A stretch of DNA of 63,704 bases, counting the filler, from Mycoplasmatota bacterium (lineage in GTDB: Bacteria > Bacillota_I > Bacilli_A > RF39 > UBA660), in the NCBI GenBank assembly GCA_012727915.1. It is 12 parts of 12 records of this genome, joined end to end, with 100 filler letters (N's around TTAATTAATTAA, not from the genome) between each part and the next. Parts side by side here need not be neighbours in the genome. Positions count along the whole stretch, not along the records: positions 57,236 to 63,704 come from JAAYGD010000031.1; 11 more parts are not named here. One strand, written 5' to 3'. Positions within the stretch are counted from its first letter, which is position 1, and the number at the start of each line of letters is the position of its first letter. This document shows positions 61,776 to 63,704 of the stretch, piece after piece. The position numbers and the translations under genes are program-made. The notes beneath the pieces were generated by a model. The model was not told where the DNA came from. It saw only the letters and a program-made list of their open reading frames with translations, and did not search any database.

Positions 61776-63536
61776 GTGATTCAAATGATTAAAGATAAAT
61801 TAAAACTATTAACTGATAAACCCGGTTGTTATCTAATGAAAGATATAAATAATATTGTTATATATGTTGGAAAAGCTAAGAATTTAAAAAAAAGAGTTAA
61901 ATCATATTTTAATTTAAAACATATTGGGAAAACCGCCCTATTAGTAAGTAATATATATGATTTTGAATTTATTGTAACTGATTCTGAATTAGAAGCTCTT
62001 TTGTTAGAAATTAATTTAATTAAAAAATATGAACCCAAGTATAATATATTGCTTAGAGATGATAAGTCATATCCTTATATAGAAATTACTAATGAAAGGA
62101 TTCCTAGATTAATTATAGTAAGACCTAAAAATAAAAAGAAAAGAGGAAAATTATTTGGGCCATATCCAAATGTATATGCTGCCCGAAAAACAGTGGAAAT
62201 ATTAAATAGATTATATCCCATAAGAAAATGTGTTACTATGCCTAAAAAGGTTTGTTTATACTATCATATAGAAGAATGTTTAGGTTATTGTGAATATAAC
62301 ATTAATAAAGAATTAATAGAAGATATGTTAGATCGAATTATTAAGTTTTTAAATGGTAATCATTCTATAGTAACTAAAAAAATTAAGGAAGAAATGAATA
62401 AAGCATCTTTAAGTTTAAATTATGAAAAAGCAAAAGAAATGAAAGATTATTTAGAATATATTAATGTTACTTTAAAAAACCAACATATAGATTTTAAAGA
62501 TAATATTGATAGAGATATATTTGGATATTACTCAATAAATAATTATTTATCTATAAAAGTTTTATCTATTAGAAATGGTAATTTAGTGGAAACTAATTCT
62601 AAGATATATGAAATGATAGATTCATTAGAAGAAGAATTAGTGTATTATATTTCAATGTTTTATAAAGATAATATAAAGCCTAAAGAAATATTAATACCAA
62701 GTATTGTTAATTCTAAATTAATAGAAGAATATACTAATATTAAGACTGTAATACCTATAAAAGGTAAAAAGAAACAATTATTAGATATGGCAATTAATAA
62801 TGCTAAGATATCTTTAGAACAAGAGATAGAATTAGTTAAAGGAAAAGAAGATTCTATTGTAGAAGCATTAAATGAATTAAGAAATATATTAGGTATAGAT
62901 AATATAAATAGAATAGAGGCATTTGATAATTCTCATTTATTTGGAAGTTATTCAGTTAGTGGGATGGTAGTATTTACTTTAGGAAAACCAGATAAAAAAG
63001 AATATAGAAAGTATAAAATTGAAAGTAATTATAGAGATGATTATAATATAATGAAAGAAGTTATTTATAGAAGGTATTATAGGGTCTTAATGGATAATTT
63101 AGAGAAACCTAATCTAATTATAGTAGATGGAGGAAAAGCTCAAATAAGCGCCTCTAAAGAGGTAATAGAGAGTCTTAATTTAAATATTCCAATATTAGGT
63201 TTAATTAAAGATGATAAACATAAAACTAATAGTTTACTATATAATAATAAAATTATAACTACTGAAAAAAATTCAAATCTTTTCCATTTGTTAGAAAGAA
63301 TACAAGATGAAGTACACAATTTTACAATAAGTTATCATAAGAACATTAGATCAAAAGGTTTAGTATCATCAATATTAGATGAAATACCAGGTATAGGAGA
63401 AAAAACAAAAAAAGAAATATTAACAAAATATAAAGATATAGGTATTTTAAAAGAACTTACAATAGAAGAATTAACTAAAAACTTTAATAAAAATATTGCA
63501 TTTAATATTTATGAATATTTTAAAAATAACAATTAA
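61776..63536 (+). CDS. uvrC: Excinuclease ABC subunit C
   Basis: PGCYLM...YVGKAKNL..RV.SYF, IEAFDNSH, VDGGKAQ, QDEVH, HhH IPGIG. Confidence 0.97.
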   Translation: MIQMIKDKLKLLTDKPGCYLMKDINNIVIYVGKAKNLKKRVKSYFNLKHIGKTALLVSNIYDFEFIVTDSELEALLLEINLIKKYEPKYNILLRDDKSYPYIEITNERIPRLIIVRPKNKKKRGKLFGPYPNVYAARKTVEILNRLYPIRKCVTMPKKVCLYYHIEECLGYCEYNINKELIEDMLDRIIKFLNGNHSIVTKKIKEEMNKASLSLNYEKAKEMKDYLEYINVTLKNQHIDFKDNIDRDIFGYYSINNYLSIKVLSIRNGNLVETNSKIYEMIDSLEEELVYYISMFYKDNIKPKEILIPSIVNSKLIEEYTNIKTVIPIKGKKKQLLDMAINNAKISLEQEIELVKGKEDSIVEALNELRNILGIDNINRIEAFDNSHLFGSYSVSGMVVFTLGKPDKKEYRKYKIESNYRDDYNIMKEVIYRRYYRVLMDNLEKPNLIIVDGGKAQISASKEVIESLNLNIPILGLIKDDKHKTNSLLYNNKIITTEKNSNLFHLLERIQDEVHNFTISYHKNIRSKGLVSSILDEIPGIGEKTKKEILTKYKDIGILKELTIEELTKNFNKNIAFNIYEYFKNNN

Positions 63537-63704
63537 AAGTTATTTTTTTTTATATTGACTAAAATCAATTTGGCAAAATTCATATGGAACTCATATAAAA
63601 AATGATGAAACCAGAGAATTATTAGAATTACCAAAAAAAGCTATCTTAATTGGTTTTCCAAGTCAAATGGGAATTACTGATGATTTAAATGAATCTCTTA
63701 TGAA

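Noticed and set aside
5905..62038. Short ORFs opposite or inside long genes (e.g. 5905, 9084, 10649, 11576, 15079, 15674, 17027, 17575, 18707, 18942, 19051, 19827, 23542, 25738, 33768, 35481, 39427, 40118, 43110, 44851, 50977, 51294, 56309, 58425, 58713, 60322, 60676, 61829)
   Set aside because: Shadow or alternative-frame ORFs over well-supported genes, with no motifs recognised

Overview
Very AT-rich bacterial DNA read in genetic code 11 (TGA is used as a stop). Gene content suggests a reduced-genome member of the Bacilli, probably an RF39-like uncultured lineage (inference). The window is not one locus: it is 12 draft or metagenome contig pieces joined by eleven artificial 100-bp spacers (N44-TTAATTAATTAA-N44). 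Most of it is housekeeping: gltX, argS, mutL, miaA, mltG, rpsP, rnr-smpB-ssrA, tex, uvrC, trmL, dapL, ABC transporters, a GT2/GtrA/GT-C surface-glycosylation cassette, 7 tRNAs and tmRNA. Accessory highlights: (1) a dispersed WXG100/type-VII-like effector repertoire, including a ~1230-aa polymorphic-toxin-like protein with a papain-like C-terminus coupled to a putative immunity gene, a WXG100-like gene beside a helical-repeat protein, and a WXG100 protein that probably continues on another contig through a Pro/Thr linker into an NlpC/P60 domain whose catalytic Cys appears replaced by Ser; (2) a two-gene Cys-rich surface module with a DUF5411 pilin-like N-terminus; (3) both ends of an island integrated at tRNA-Pro(TGG), with a 17-bp core duplication, matching arm-type repeats and a type II R-M system; (4) a divergent HTH/vWA pair followed by a nonsense-interrupted ORF and an McrB-like gene start; (5) two alleles of the uvrC 3' end with different downstream sequence. 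Several contig joins can be reconstructed from split genes.
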